From assembly GCA_964236315.1 (NCBI GenBank), contig CAXSER010000001.1, positions 1 through 43,453 on the forward strand: a stretch of 43,453 nt of DNA, given 5' to 3'. This document shows, one piece after another, positions 1 through 9,646 of the stretch; positions within the stretch are counted from its first letter, which is position 1; each line of letters starts with the position of its first letter. Source of the DNA: an uncultured Acetobacteraceae bacterium (GTDB lineage: Bacteria; Pseudomonadota; Alphaproteobacteria; Acetobacterales; Acetobacteraceae). The position numbers and the translations under genes were made by a program. The notes beneath the pieces were generated by a model, which was not told the DNA's origin, did not search any database, and saw only the letters and a list, made by a program, of their open reading frames with translations.

Positions 1-99
1 GACGCAGGCCTCGGATACAAGGACATCGTCACAACCGTCATGACAGCTCTCGGCCGCGGCGCCGATCATCCGGGCACGCTGGAGGGTGCGCGCGCCTGA
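1..99 (+). CDS. Possible 3' end of an upstream gene, perhaps 1-deoxy-D-xylulose-5-phosphate synthase (partial, cut by window edge)
   Basis: Frame 1 is open from the window edge to TGA at 97-99 (…DAGLGYKDIVTTVMTALGRG…). The tail resembles Dxs C-termini, and dxs next to tlyA is a common alphaproteobacterial synteny. Only 32 codons are visible. Confidence 0.3.
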   Translation, partial: DAGLGYKDIVTTVMTALGRGADHPGTLEGARA

Positions 100-111
100 G
101 AGGGCGGTCCG

Positions 112-852
112 ATGGCACGTCGGCGAGCAGACCAGCTGCTGATGGACAGGGGTCTGGTGGAAAGCCGGACCCGCGGGCAGGCGCTGATTCTGGCGGGCAA
201 GGTGTTCAGCGGCGAGATGCGGGTCGAGAAGGCCGGCGACCTGATCCGCGAGGACGCACCGCTCCAGGTGAGGGGGCAGGACCATCCGTGGGTGTCGCGC
301 GGCGGCCTCAAGCTCGACCATGCGCTGACGGAGTTCGGGCTTTCGCCGAGGGGGCGGGTCTGTCTCGACGTCGGCGCGTCGACGGGCGGGTTCACCGACG
401 TGCTGCTGTATCACGGGGCGGAGCGAGTGCATGCGGTCGACGTCGGGCATGGGCAGCTCGCCTGGTCGCTGCGGCAGGATCCCAGGGTGGTGGTGCACGA
501 GAAGACGAATGCGCGGCACCTGACCCGCGACATGCTGGGCGAGGAGATGGACGCGCTGGTGTGCGACGCGAGCTTCATCGGGCTGCGCACGCTGCTGCCG
601 CTGCCGCTGCAGCTCTGCCGGCCGGGAAGCTGGGCCGTGATGCTGATCAAGCCGCAGTTCGAGGCGGGTCCCGGCCAGGTCGGGGCCAAAGGCGTGGTGC
701 GTGATCCCGAGGTGCATCGTGCGGTGTGCGAGCAGGTCGTCGCCTGGCTGCGCACTGCGGAGGGCTGGACGGTGCTAGGCGTGACGGAGAGTCCGATCCG
801 CGGGCCGGAGGGCAACGTCGAGTTCCTGCTCGCGGCGGAGAAGCCGCGCTAG
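112..852 (+). CDS. tlyA: TlyA-family rRNA 2'-O-methyltransferase (hemolysin A-like)
   Basis: N-terminal S4-like 'RADQLLMDRGLVESRTRGQALILAGKV', then an FtsJ-type SAM motif 'CLDVGASTGGFTDVLL'. Full 246-aa ORF. Confidence 0.85.
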   Translation: MARRRADQLLMDRGLVESRTRGQALILAGKVFSGEMRVEKAGDLIREDAPLQVRGQDHPWVSRGGLKLDHALTEFGLSPRGRVCLDVGASTGGFTDVLLYHGAERVHAVDVGHGQLAWSLRQDPRVVVHEKTNARHLTRDMLGEEMDALVCDASFIGLRTLLPLPLQLCRPGSWAVMLIKPQFEAGPGQVGAKGVVRDPEVHRAVCEQVVAWLRTAEGWTVLGVTESPIRGPEGNVEFLLAAEKPR

Positions 853-1165
853 GTCATGCAACCCGCCGACGCAGGTGTGTCGCGGACCTGGGCGAGGGCG
901 TGCCTGGCAGGTGTTGTCAGGGGGGAGCGGTAGACGGTGGCCTGGGTCGTACGGAGCAGGGGATGCCTGCTCCGCGCCGGGCCGCGGCGGCGGATCCTTG
1001 CGCCTGACCATCGATGCTCTCGCCGTATCGTGACGCGGTTCGGTTTGCCTTGTGCCGCCCGGTGGTGGATGTGACCCGGGACGCAGGACCCTTCCGCCGC
1101 GTGTCGCGGCGGGCGACGAACTCGCAGGCTCCTGCCTCGTGACACAGCCCAGGAACCTGCCTGCC

Positions 1166-2392
1166 ATGGACCCGATCTCGCGCCGCACCATCCTTGCCGC
1201 AACCGCCGGCGGGCTTGCGCTCGGCGCCAACGCCGCGCTCGCCCAGACGGACGGAGCCGGCGCGGATGCCGCGCAGCCGATCCGCGGGGGCGATGGCGCC
1301 ACTGTGCTCGGCCCGCGCAATCTTCCGGTCGCCGCAGAGAACCCCGACCTGCAGCACCCCCCCGCCACCGACCACGGCGACAGCCCGAACCTGAAATGGT
1401 CGTTCGCGGACAGCCACATGCGCCTGGAGGACGGCGGCTGGGCGCGGCAGACCACGGTGCGCGAGCTGCCGGTGTCCAAGTCGATGGCCGGGGTGGACAT
1501 GCGCCTCAAGCCGGGCGCGATCCGCGAGATGCACTGGCACAAGGAGGCCGAGTGGCAGATCATGCTCAAGGGTAGCGCCCGCATCAGCGCGATCGACGCG
1601 GATGGCCGCAGCACCACCGCCGACATCGGCGAGGGCGACCTCTGGTATTTCCCCTCCGGCCTGCCGCACTCGATCCAGGCGCTGCAGGACGGCTGCGAGT
1701 TCCTCCTCGTGTTCGACGACGGCGCGTTCTCCGAGGACAGCACCTTCCTCATCACTGACTGGTTCGCCCACACCCCGAAGGAGGTGCTCGCGAAGAACTT
1801 CGGCGTGGCGGAGTCCGCCTTCGCGCAGATCCCGCCGAAAGAGCTCTACATCTTCCAGGAGCCGGTACCCGGGCCGCTCGAGGCGGACGCAGTGGTCAAC
1901 CCGCAGGGCCAGATCCCCAGCCCGTTCACCCACCGGCTGATGGCGCAGACGCCGACACAGGCCAGCGGCGGCACGGTGCGCATCGTCGACAGCCGCAACT
2001 TCCCCGCGTCGAAGACCATCGCCGCCGCCCTGATCGAGGTGAACCCCGGCGCGATGCGCGAGATGCACTGGCACCCCAACGCGGACGAGTGGCAGTACTA
2101 CATCGAGGGCCAGGGCCGCATGACGGTGTTCGGCGCCGAGTCCCGCGCCCGCACCTTCGACTACCAGGCGGGCGACGTCGGCTACGTGCCCCGCTCGATG
2201 GGGCATTTCATCGAGAACACCGGCGACACCCCGCTGCGCTTCCTGGAGATGTTCCGCTCCGATCGCTACGCCGACGTGTCGCTGAGCCAGTGGATGGCGC
2301 TCACCCCCACCCACCTCATCAAGCAGCACCTCAACCTCGACGACGCCACCATCGCGAAGCTGCGCAAGCAGAAGGACCTCGTGGTGGGCTGA
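1166..2392 (+). CDS. Tat-exported bicupin, oxalate decarboxylase/oxidase family
   Basis: Two cupin Mn motifs ('REMHWHKEAEW' and 'REMHWHPNADEW'). Twin-arginine leader 'MDPISRRTILAATAGGLALGANAALAQ' starts at the internal ATG at 1166. The track ORF begins earlier, at 1052. Confidence 0.8.
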   Translation: MDPISRRTILAATAGGLALGANAALAQTDGAGADAAQPIRGGDGATVLGPRNLPVAAENPDLQHPPATDHGDSPNLKWSFADSHMRLEDGGWARQTTVRELPVSKSMAGVDMRLKPGAIREMHWHKEAEWQIMLKGSARISAIDADGRSTTADIGEGDLWYFPSGLPHSIQALQDGCEFLLVFDDGAFSEDSTFLITDWFAHTPKEVLAKNFGVAESAFAQIPPKELYIFQEPVPGPLEADAVVNPQGQIPSPFTHRLMAQTPTQASGGTVRIVDSRNFPASKTIAAALIEVNPGAMREMHWHPNADEWQYYIEGQGRMTVFGAESRARTFDYQAGDVGYVPRSMGHFIENTGDTPLRFLEMFRSDRYADVSLSQWMALTPTHLIKQHLNLDDATIAKLRKQKDLVVG

Positions 2393-2443
2393 AGGCGGCG
2401 GGATGCTCCTGCCGGCAGGCCCTGGGTTCGGGCTGGCAGGCAG

Positions 2444-2562
2444 GCAAGGTTGAGGCTCTGCCTCAAACTCCGCCAAGGGCTGGGCCCTTGGATCGCCTTC
2501 TTAAAGGATGGGTTTCCAAAGACCCCTGGCCTTTGGCGGGTCTGGGCAGAGCCCGGCCTTGC
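2444..2562 (+). repeat. Copy A of a ~120-bp nested-palindromic intergenic element (MITE/Correia-like)
   Basis: GCAAGGTTGAGGCTCTGCCTCAAACTCCGCC … GGCGGGTCTGGGCAGAGCCCGGCCTTGC. The termini are imperfect inverted repeats, with internal hairpin CCAAGGGC/GCCCTTGG. Lies between the convergent bicupin and ABC genes; its right end is 11 nt from the ABC stop codon. Confidence 0.85.
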
Positions 2563-2573
2563 CTGCTTCCGGT

Positions 2574-4361
2574 CTAGGGCAGGGTCGTGTCGAACTGCAG
2601 GGCGGCGAGCCGGGCGTAGAGGCCGCCCTGCCGCACCAGGTCGTCGTGCGTCCCCGTGGCCACGATGCGCCCTGCGTCCATCACCACGATTCGGTCCGCC
2701 CTGCGCACCGTTGCGAGCCGGTGGGCGATCACCAGCGTGGTGCGCGACGCGAGCCTGGCCAGGGCGTGCTGCACGGCGGCCTCGCTCTCGGCATCGAGCG
2801 CGCTGGTGGCTTCGTCGAGCAGCAGGACCGGGGCGTCGCGCAGGATGGCGCGCGCGATCGCCAAGCGCTGCCGCTGCCCGCCGGACAGCCGCACGCCGCG
2901 TTCGCCCAGGAAGGTGTCGTAGCCCTGCGGCAGTGCGTCGAGGAACCCGCACGAGGCCACGGCCGCCGCGTCACGCACCTCGGCGTCCGTGGCGTCTGGC
3001 CGGCCGAGGCGCAGGTTGGTCCAGACGTCGGCGCCGAACACCACCGGCTCCTGCGCCACCAGGCCGAGGCGGGCGCGCACTGCCGAGGGGTCCGCGTCGC
3101 GCAGGTCGATGCCGTCGAGGCGGATCGTGCCGGCCGTGGGGTCGTGGAAGCGCAGCAGGAGCTGGAACACCGTCGTCTTCCCCGCACCGGACGGGCCGAC
3201 CAGGGCCACCGTCTCGCCGGGCGTCACCGACAGGGAGAAGTCGCGCAATGCCGGCTGTCCGGCGCGCGCGGGGTAGGCGAAGTCGACGGCCTCGAAGGCG
3301 ATGCTGCCCTTTGGCGGGGTCGGCAGCGCGCATGGCAGGGCCGGGATGGTGATCGTGGGGCGCACCGACAGCAGCTCGGCGAGGCGGTCGGCGGCGCCGG
3401 CCGCACGCTGCAGCTCGCCCCACAGCTCGCTCAGGCCGGCGCCGGAGGTCGCGACGATCACGGCGTAGAACACGAACGCGGAGAGCGCGCCCGCGGTCAT
3501 CCTGCCGGCGAGCACCTCGCGGCCGCCAACCCACAGCGACAGGGTGATCGCCCCGAAGCCGAGTAGAATCACGCCGCCGATCACCAGTGCCCGCGAGCGG
3601 ATGCGCGAGCGGGCGGCGGCCACCGCGTGCTCCGTGGCCTGGCCGAAACGCGCGCGGGCCTGCGGCTCGTGGGTGAAGGCCTGCACGGTGCGCAACGCGG
3701 AGACAGTCTCCTCGGCCAGCGCCGCGAGGTCGGCCACGCGCTCCTGCGCCACGCGGGACAGGGCGCGCTCGCGCCGCGAGAACAGCACCAGCGGCACCAC
3801 CACGAACGGCACCACCGCCAGGACCACCAGCGACAGCGCCGGGCTGGTGGCGACCAGCATCGCGAACGCGCCGACCAGCAGCACCGCGCTGCGCAGCCAC
3901 TGGCTCAGCGCCGAGCCGGCGAGCGCCTGCAGCACCGCCGTGTCGGCGACCAGGCGCGACAGCACGTCGCCGGTGCGCGCGGTCTCGAACCAGGCGGGGG
4001 AGAGCGTGGTGACGTGGTCGAACACGGCGCGGCGCAGGTCGGCGCCGACGCGCTCGCCCAGCCAGGAGACAAGGGCGAAGCGGCACGACGTCGCGACGGC
4101 AAGCCCGGCGATCACGGCCGTCACGCCGAGCGCGGTGGCGTCGAGGCGGGCCTGGCTTCCGGTGGCGAGGCCGCCGTCGACCAGGCGGCGCACCGCCTGG
4201 CCCAGCAGCAGCACGAGCCCGGACGCGGCGAGCAGGCAGAGGGCGGCGGCCAGTCCCTGCCAGATGTAGCGCCGCAGGAACGGCAGCAGCAGGCCTAGGG
4301 CAGAGGGAGAGCGGCCGATCATCTGCCGCGGGTTCAGCAAACGCGGGGTGATGGCCGGCAT
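2574..4361 (-). CDS. ABC exporter, fused permease/ATPase (ABCB type, MsbA/Atm1-like)
   Basis: N-terminal transmembrane domain of about 300 aa. Walker A 'GPSGAGKTT', signature 'LSGGQRQR', Walker B 'LLLDEATSALD'. Confidence 0.85.
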   Translation of the reverse strand: MPAITPRLLNPRQMIGRSPSALGLLLPFLRRYIWQGLAAALCLLAASGLVLLLGQAVRRLVDGGLATGSQARLDATALGVTAVIAGLAVATSCRFALVSWLGERVGADLRRAVFDHVTTLSPAWFETARTGDVLSRLVADTAVLQALAGSALSQWLRSAVLLVGAFAMLVATSPALSLVVLAVVPFVVVPLVLFSRRERALSRVAQERVADLAALAEETVSALRTVQAFTHEPQARARFGQATEHAVAAARSRIRSRALVIGGVILLGFGAITLSLWVGGREVLAGRMTAGALSAFVFYAVIVATSGAGLSELWGELQRAAGAADRLAELLSVRPTITIPALPCALPTPPKGSIAFEAVDFAYPARAGQPALRDFSLSVTPGETVALVGPSGAGKTTVFQLLLRFHDPTAGTIRLDGIDLRDADPSAVRARLGLVAQEPVVFGADVWTNLRLGRPDATDAEVRDAAAVASCGFLDALPQGYDTFLGERGVRLSGGQRQRLAIARAILRDAPVLLLDEATSALDAESEAAVQHALARLASRTTLVIAHRLATVRRADRIVVMDAGRIVATGTHDDLVRQGGLYARLAALQFDTTLP

Positions 4362-4587
4362 GCCGGGGTTCTAGCGCCCGCATGCCCTCACTGTCGTCTC
4401 CCGTCTCGCTACTGGCAGCCCGGGAGACGACATCCGCCTGCACGGCGCCAGGGACGGCCGGCTTGTGATGGCTTCCCGGTATGCGTGAGGCGGGACGCGA
4501 TGGTTGCCGGCCGAGGGGGGCTGCAAGCCACCGTGCGCCAAGTCACTGCGCGTGCCGCCTGACCCGAAGGCGGGTTCATTTGAGAGT

Positions 4588-5793
4588 CTAGCTCGACGAC
4601 TGGACCGCCGCGGCAAGGGCGGCGAGTTTCGCCGCGGGATGAGCCGGGTTGCGGAAGCGCAGTTCCCCGTCGCCGGCACCGTCGGGCTTGCCGATGCCGA
4701 ACAGCTCGACTCGGGAACTGCACGTGACCGCCACGACCGGGCGGGCCTCGCGGTTGGTGAGGAACTGGCGGGCCTCGCCCTCCAGGTCGAGGCGATCGCG
4801 CAGCAGCCGCCACTCGTTGCGGTCCGTGTCCTCGATGAACATGGCGAGGATGCCAGGGCGGGTGCCGGTCAGCCGGGCCGGAGCGACGGCGGCCATGCGG
4901 CGACGCAGGGCGACGGCGATCTCGTTCTCGCGTCCGGCGCGGGCGGCCATCACGAACACCGCGTTGCCGGCAGACGTCACGGACAGGTGCGCCTCGGGGC
5001 CGAATTCCTGGCGCAGGTGCGAGGCGAGGCCGCGCTCCTCGGCCTGCGCGGCCGCCAGCAGGAGCGGGTCGAGACGAAGCACCGCAGCCTCGTCCTGGTC
5101 GGCGCGGCGGTGCTCGGTCAGCAGGGTGCTGATGCGCTGGTGCAGCGAGGCGAGGCTGGTGTCGTCCGGGCTGCAGGCGCTCTTGAGGCCCTGGGGCAGC
5201 GTCATCTTGAGCAGGTAGCGACCGGGGTGGGCGGCGAGCCAGGTCTGCAGCTCCGGGTCGACACGGTCGACGAGGTTGAACCAGGCGCCGCGGTGCACGT
5301 CCCGTCCTTCCTCGGCGGACATGACGTCGCAGGCGATCTCCGCCTCGACGCCGTCTCGCTCGATCAGCAGGTCGAACACGTCGCCCTGCTCGATGCCGGA
5401 AAAGCTCACCTGGAAGCCGCGTGCGCGCTGGAGAGCTGCGGTGCGCATGACGTGGAAGAAGGGCACCAGGGTCTGGCCACTCTGCATGGCGCCGGCCAGC
5501 GTGTCGGCGAGGCGCTGCTTGGCCTCCACGGGAATGCGACGCGACAGGGCCACCGTGTCCGCCACCAGGATGGCGATCCCGCGTTCCGCCTGAGTCGGGA
5601 CGGCCTCCCGGCACCGGCGCAGGCGCTCGATCATCAGCTCGATGGCGTGCCGCTGCAGGAGCGCGCGGCCCGACCAGCCGGCCGCGGGCATGCCGCCCAG
5701 GCTCGCGAGACGCGCTTTCCAGCGTTCTCCGCCGACCAGCGCGACGAAGGCGTTGAGCGTCGAGAGAGGCGGTCGTGCGATTGCGCTGGACAT
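4588..5793 (-). CDS. Hypothetical protein (no domain recognised)
   Basis: Long ORF with GC3-rich codon usage and a realistic amino-acid composition, unlike the overlapping Arg/Pro-rich and Gly/Ala/Val-rich shadow frames. Start taken at the ATG at 5793; an alternative start is 5853. Follows aroC on the same strand. Confidence 0.65.
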   Translation of the reverse strand: MSSAIARPPLSTLNAFVALVGGERWKARLASLGGMPAAGWSGRALLQRHAIELMIERLRRCREAVPTQAERGIAILVADTVALSRRIPVEAKQRLADTLAGAMQSGQTLVPFFHVMRTAALQRARGFQVSFSGIEQGDVFDLLIERDGVEAEIACDVMSAEEGRDVHRGAWFNLVDRVDPELQTWLAAHPGRYLLKMTLPQGLKSACSPDDTSLASLHQRISTLLTEHRRADQDEAAVLRLDPLLLAAAQAEERGLASHLRQEFGPEAHLSVTSAGNAVFVMAARAGRENEIAVALRRRMAAVAPARLTGTRPGILAMFIEDTDRNEWRLLRDRLDLEGEARQFLTNREARPVVAVTCSSRVELFGIGKPDGAGDGELRFRNPAHPAAKLAALAAAVQSSS

Positions 5794-5882
5794 TGCATCA
5801 TCAATGTAATGGATCCGGACGAAGTCACCATCACACCGGCGTGACATCCGCATTTGTGGCCGCCGACGCGGATACCGCCCGG

Positions 5883-6965
5883 TCAGCCGGGGGATGGCGG
5901 GTTCTGGGCGCGGTGGCGGAGCAGGTGATCGGCAAGCACGCAGGCCAGCATGGCCTCGCCCACCGGGACCGCGCGCAGGCCGACGCAGGGGTCGTGGCGG
6001 CCCCGTGTGGCGACCTCCACCTCGCGGCCGTCGCGGGTCACGGAGCGGCGCGGCGTCAGGATCGAGCTGGTGGGCTTGACCGCGAATCGTGCGGTGACGC
6101 TCTGGCCGGTGGAGATGCCACCCAGGATGCCGCCGGCGTGGTTGGAGCCGAACTGCAGCACGCCGTCGCGAACCGACATCTCGTCGGCGTTGTCCTCGCC
6201 GCTGAGCCCGGCGGCGGCGAACCCGTCGCCGATCTCCACGCCTTTGACCGCGTTGATCGACATCAGCGCCCCGGCGAGGTCGGCGTCGAGCTTGCCGTAG
6301 ACGGGCGCGCCCAAGCCGGGGGGCACGCCGTCGGCCGCCAGACCGATCACCGCGCCCACCGACGAGCCGGCCTTGCGCACCGCCTCCAGCTGCCCGGCCC
6401 AGCGCTCTGCCGCGACGGCGTCCGGGCAGAAGAACGGGTTGCGCCCGACCTCCGCCCAGTCCCAGCGGCCAGGGTCAATGCGGTCCGTGCCCAGCTGCAC
6501 CAGGGCGCCGCGGACCTGCACGGCCTCGCCCAAGACCAGTCGGGCGATCGCCCCCGCCGCGACCCGGCACGCGGTCTCGCGCGCGGAGGAACGGCCGCCG
6601 CCGCGCGGGTCGCGGATGCCGTACTTCAGCTCGTAGGTCAGGTCGGCGTGGCCGGGGCGGAAGCGTTCCGCGATGTCGCCGTAGTCGCGCGAGCGCTGGT
6701 CGGTGTTGTCGATCATCAGCGAGATCGGGGTGCCCGTGGTCAGGCCCTCGAAGGTGCCGGACAGGATGCGGACCTGGTCGGCCTCCTGGCGCTGTGTGGT
6801 GAAGCGCGACTGGCCGGGGCGGCGGCGGTCGAGCCAGGGCTGGATGTCGGCCTCCGACAGCGGCAGTCGGGGCGGGCAGCCGTCGACAACGCAGCCGATC
6901 GCCGGGCCGTGGCTCTCGCCCCAGGTGGTCACGCGGAACAGGTGGCCGAAGCTGTTGTGCGACAT
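5883..6965 (-). CDS. aroC: Chorismate synthase
   Basis: '[32 protein letters not shown]…', '…[10 protein letters not shown]…', and a typical length of 360 aa. Confidence 0.93.
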   Translation of the reverse strand: MSHNSFGHLFRVTTWGESHGPAIGCVVDGCPPRLPLSEADIQPWLDRRRPGQSRFTTQRQEADQVRILSGTFEGLTTGTPISLMIDNTDQRSRDYGDIAERFRPGHADLTYELKYGIRDPRGGGRSSARETACRVAAGAIARLVLGEAVQVRGALVQLGTDRIDPGRWDWAEVGRNPFFCPDAVAAERWAGQLEAVRKAGSSVGAVIGLAADGVPPGLGAPVYGKLDADLAGALMSINAVKGVEIGDGFAAAGLSGEDNADEMSVRDGVLQFGSNHAGGILGGISTGQSVTARFAVKPTSSILTPRRSVTRDGREVEVATRGRHDPCVGLRAVPVGEAMLACVLADHLLRHRAQNPPSPG

Positions 6966-7022
6966 CAGGCGGACACGTCGGAGGCGAGGCCGGGGCGGGC
7001 GGTCATCGGGCCATGCGCGGGG

Positions 7023-7862
7023 TCAGTCGCCGACCACGGCGATGTCCGGCGCGTTGGGGTTCTTCATGCCGACGACGTGGTAGCCAGCGTCGACGTGGTG
7101 GATCTCGCCGGTGACGCCGCCGGACAGGGTGGACAGCAGGTAGAGCCCGGCGCCGCCGACCTCCTCGATGTTGGTGTTGCGCTCGAGCGGCGCGTTGAGC
7201 TGGTTCCAGCGCAGGATGTAGCGGAAGTCGCCGATGCCGCTGGCGGCCAGGGTCTTGATCGGCCCGGCGCTGATGGCGTTCACCCGGATGCCGGCGGGGC
7301 CGAGGTCGGCGGCGAGGTAGCGCACCGAGGCCTCCAGGGCAGCCTTGGCGATGCCCATGACGTTGTAGTGGGGCATCACCCGCTCTGCGCCGAGGTAGGA
7401 CAGGGTCAGCAGCGAGCCGCCCGGGCGCATCATCGCGCTGGCGTGACGGCACACCGCGGTGAACGAGTAGCAGGAGATGTCGAGCGCCTGCAGGAAGGCC
7501 GCGCGCGGGGTGTCGCAATAGCGGCCGCGCAGGTAGTTCTTGTCGGCCCAGCCGATGGCATGGACGACGAAGTCGATCTCGCCCCAGGTCTCGGCAAGAC
7601 GGACGAACAGGGCCTCGATCGCGGCGTCGTCGCCGACGTCGCAGGGCAGCACGATCGAGGAGCCGACGCTGGCGGCGAGCGGGCGCACCCGCTTCTCCAG
7701 CGCCTCGCCCTGGTAGCTGAAGGCGAGGTCGGCGCCCTGGGCCGCGCAGGCGGCAGCGATGCCCCAGGCGATCGAGCGGTCGTTCGCGACGCCCATGACC
7801 AGGCCGCGTCGGCCCTGCATGAGCGTGCCCCTTGCAGGAAGGCTCCGCTCGGCATCCGGCAT
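7023..7862 (-). CDS. fabI: Enoyl-[acyl-carrier-protein] reductase (NADH), FabI
   Basis: 'LMQGRRGLVMGVANDRSIAWGIA', 'SYLGAERVMPHYNVMGIAKAALE', 'IRVNAISAGPIKTLAAS'. Start chosen at the ATG at 7862, which is preceded by GGAGG. The ATG at 7820 is an alternative. Confidence 0.9.
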   Translation of the reverse strand: MPDAERSLPARGTLMQGRRGLVMGVANDRSIAWGIAAACAAQGADLAFSYQGEALEKRVRPLAASVGSSIVLPCDVGDDAAIEALFVRLAETWGEIDFVVHAIGWADKNYLRGRYCDTPRAAFLQALDISCYSFTAVCRHASAMMRPGGSLLTLSYLGAERVMPHYNVMGIAKAALEASVRYLAADLGPAGIRVNAISAGPIKTLAASGIGDFRYILRWNQLNAPLERNTNIEEVGGAGLYLLSTLSGGVTGEIHHVDAGYHVVGMKNPNAPDIAVVGD

Positions 7863-8092
7863 GGGCAACCTCCAGCGACTTCGGCGGGGATCGGTGGTGA
7901 CACACGGGGAGCAGGCAGGCAAGCTTACGCGCCGGCGTCGGGGGAGCCTGGCGCGGCTTGCGGAATCCGGGATCAATCCCTGCTCTGTTGGCACTCCGCG
8001 GCATGCGTGTGACGACGCGGGCATGGCATCCCAAGGCGTGTTCCAGGGGTGATGCCCGGCCGAGGTGTCACGGATGCGGGACCTGGCAGGGA

Positions 8093-8686
8093 ATGGACAT
8101 CGACATCATGGCCGAAGATCCGATTGCGCTGTTCGAGGCCTGGCTTGCGGAGGCGTCGCGCCTGGAGATCAACGATCCCAATGCGATGACCGTGGCCACC
8201 TGCACGCCGGAAGGAAGGCCGTCGGCGAGGATCGTGCTGCTCAAGGGCGTCGATCCGCGCGGCTTCGTATTCTACACCAACAAGGACGGCCGCAAGGGCG
8301 AAGAGCTGCGGGCCAACCCGAAAGCGGCGTTGCTGTTCCACTGGAAGACCCTGCAGCGCCAGGTCCGGGTGGAGGGCAAGGTGGAGGACGTGACAGAGGC
8401 GGAGGCCGACGCGTATTTCGCCTCGCGTGCCAGGGTGTCGCGCCTGGGAGCCTGGGCGTCGACGCAGTCGCGCCCGCTCGCGGACCGTGCGGAGCTGGAG
8501 CGCAGGGTGGCGGAAGCGGAGCGGCGTTTCCCGGGCGAGACGATCGAACGGCCGCCGCACTGGTCTGGGTTCCGCGTGCTGCCGCAGGTGATGGAGTTCT
8601 GGCAGGAGATGCCGTTCCGCCTCCACGACCGGATGGTCTACACGCGGGGCGAGGCGGGATGGTCGCAGGGCAGGCTGTATCCCTGA
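8093..8686 (+). CDS. pdxH: Pyridoxamine 5'-phosphate oxidase
   Basis: '…NAMTVATCTPEGRPSARIVLLKGVDPRGFVFYTNKDGRKGEEL…', '…WSGFRVLPQVMEFWQEMPFRLHDRMVY…'. Internal ATG at 8093. Confidence 0.9.
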   Translation: MDIDIMAEDPIALFEAWLAEASRLEINDPNAMTVATCTPEGRPSARIVLLKGVDPRGFVFYTNKDGRKGEELRANPKAALLFHWKTLQRQVRVEGKVEDVTEAEADAYFASRARVSRLGAWASTQSRPLADRAELERRVAEAERRFPGETIERPPHWSGFRVLPQVMEFWQEMPFRLHDRMVYTRGEAGWSQGRLYP

Positions 8687-8745
8687 GCGCCGGCGCTCAG
8701 GGCCTTCCTGTTCCCCATCGAGACTGCATCCTGCCCGAGGACCCC

Positions 8746-9609
8746 ATGACGATACGCAAGATTGTTGTCCCTCTGGCCGGCGCCGTCTCGGACGAGACGG
8801 CGCTCGCGACGGCGCTGATCGCGGCCGAGCGGTTCGGGGCGCACGTGGCCGGGGTGCATGTCCGTGCGGACAGCCGCGACGTCGCGCCGCTGGCGGGGGA
8901 GGGGCTATCCGGTGCGATGATTGAGGAGATGATGGCGGCCACTGACCGGGAGGGCGCCAGACGTTCCGAGGCGGTCAGGGCCATGTTCGAGCGGGTCGTG
9001 GCGAAGCACGGGGTCAGGTCTGCGCCGTCCGCGACCGGCGCGAGAGAGGCGAGCGCCGGCTTCTCGGTGCTGGTCGGGCGGGAGGAGGACATGGTGGCGC
9101 GGCTGGCGCGTCTTGCGGACCTCACTGTCGTGCCGCATCCGTCCACGGCAGACGTCGCGTCCTCCGACGCGCTGCACGCCGTGCTGTTCGACAGCGGCCG
9201 GCCGGTGCTGGTGGCACCCCGCGCTTGCCCGCCCGGCATCGGCATCCGGGTGTGCGTGGCCTGGAACGGCACGGCGGAGGCATCGGCGGCCATCATGGGG
9301 CTCATGCCGTGGCTTCGCGGGGTGCAGGCGGTGCAGGTGCTGCACGCGGACGAGTACCAGCGGCGAGGCCCTGCCGCGGCCGAGGTGATCGACTACCTGG
9401 CGCTGCACGACGTGCGCGCGGAGCTTGCCCTGTTCCGGCCGGTGAACCGGGAGGTGGGAGCGGGCATGCTCGCGGCCGCTGCGGATTTCGGCGCGGACCT
9501 GCTCTGCATGGGAGCCTACTCGCACTCACGGCTGCGCCAGCTCGTGCTGGGCGGCGTCACCCGACACGTCCTGGAGCACGCCACCCTGGCCGTCCTGATG
9601 AGCCGCTAG
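8746..9609 (+). CDS. Universal stress protein family (tandem USP domains)
   Basis: 'MTIRKIVVPLAGAVSDETAL…' and C-terminal '…DLLCMGAYSHSRLRQLVLGGVTRHVLEHATLAVLMSR', the typical USP C-terminal motif. Confidence 0.75.
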   Translation: MTIRKIVVPLAGAVSDETALATALIAAERFGAHVAGVHVRADSRDVAPLAGEGLSGAMIEEMMAATDREGARRSEAVRAMFERVVAKHGVRSAPSATGAREASAGFSVLVGREEDMVARLARLADLTVVPHPSTADVASSDALHAVLFDSGRPVLVAPRACPPGIGIRVCVAWNGTAEASAAIMGLMPWLRGVQAVQVLHADEYQRRGPAAAEVIDYLALHDVRAELALFRPVNREVGAGMLAAAADFGADLLCMGAYSHSRLRQLVLGGVTRHVLEHATLAVLMSR

Positions 9610-9646
9610 CGGCCGGCAGGCTCAGCGCCGCCCGATGGCGGCGTCC

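Noticed and set aside
953-973. Hairpin GGAGCAGG-ggatg-CCTGCTCC downstream of tlyA as a terminator
   Set aside because: It has only an 8-bp stem, lies ~100 nt after the stop, and has no U-tract. It is not distinctive enough in GC-rich DNA to report as a feature.
917-2476. 519-aa minus-strand ORF, plus the other long ORFs overlapping the bicupin gene
   Set aside because: It is antisense to a gene with two clear cupin motifs. Its composition is shadow-frame-like.
5775-8012. 745-aa plus-strand ORF spanning the aroC and fabI region
   Set aside because: It is antisense to two unmistakable genes. Its composition is the Gly/Ala/Val/Asp/Arg/His-rich pattern typical of shadow frames in high-GC DNA, and it has no recognisable motifs.
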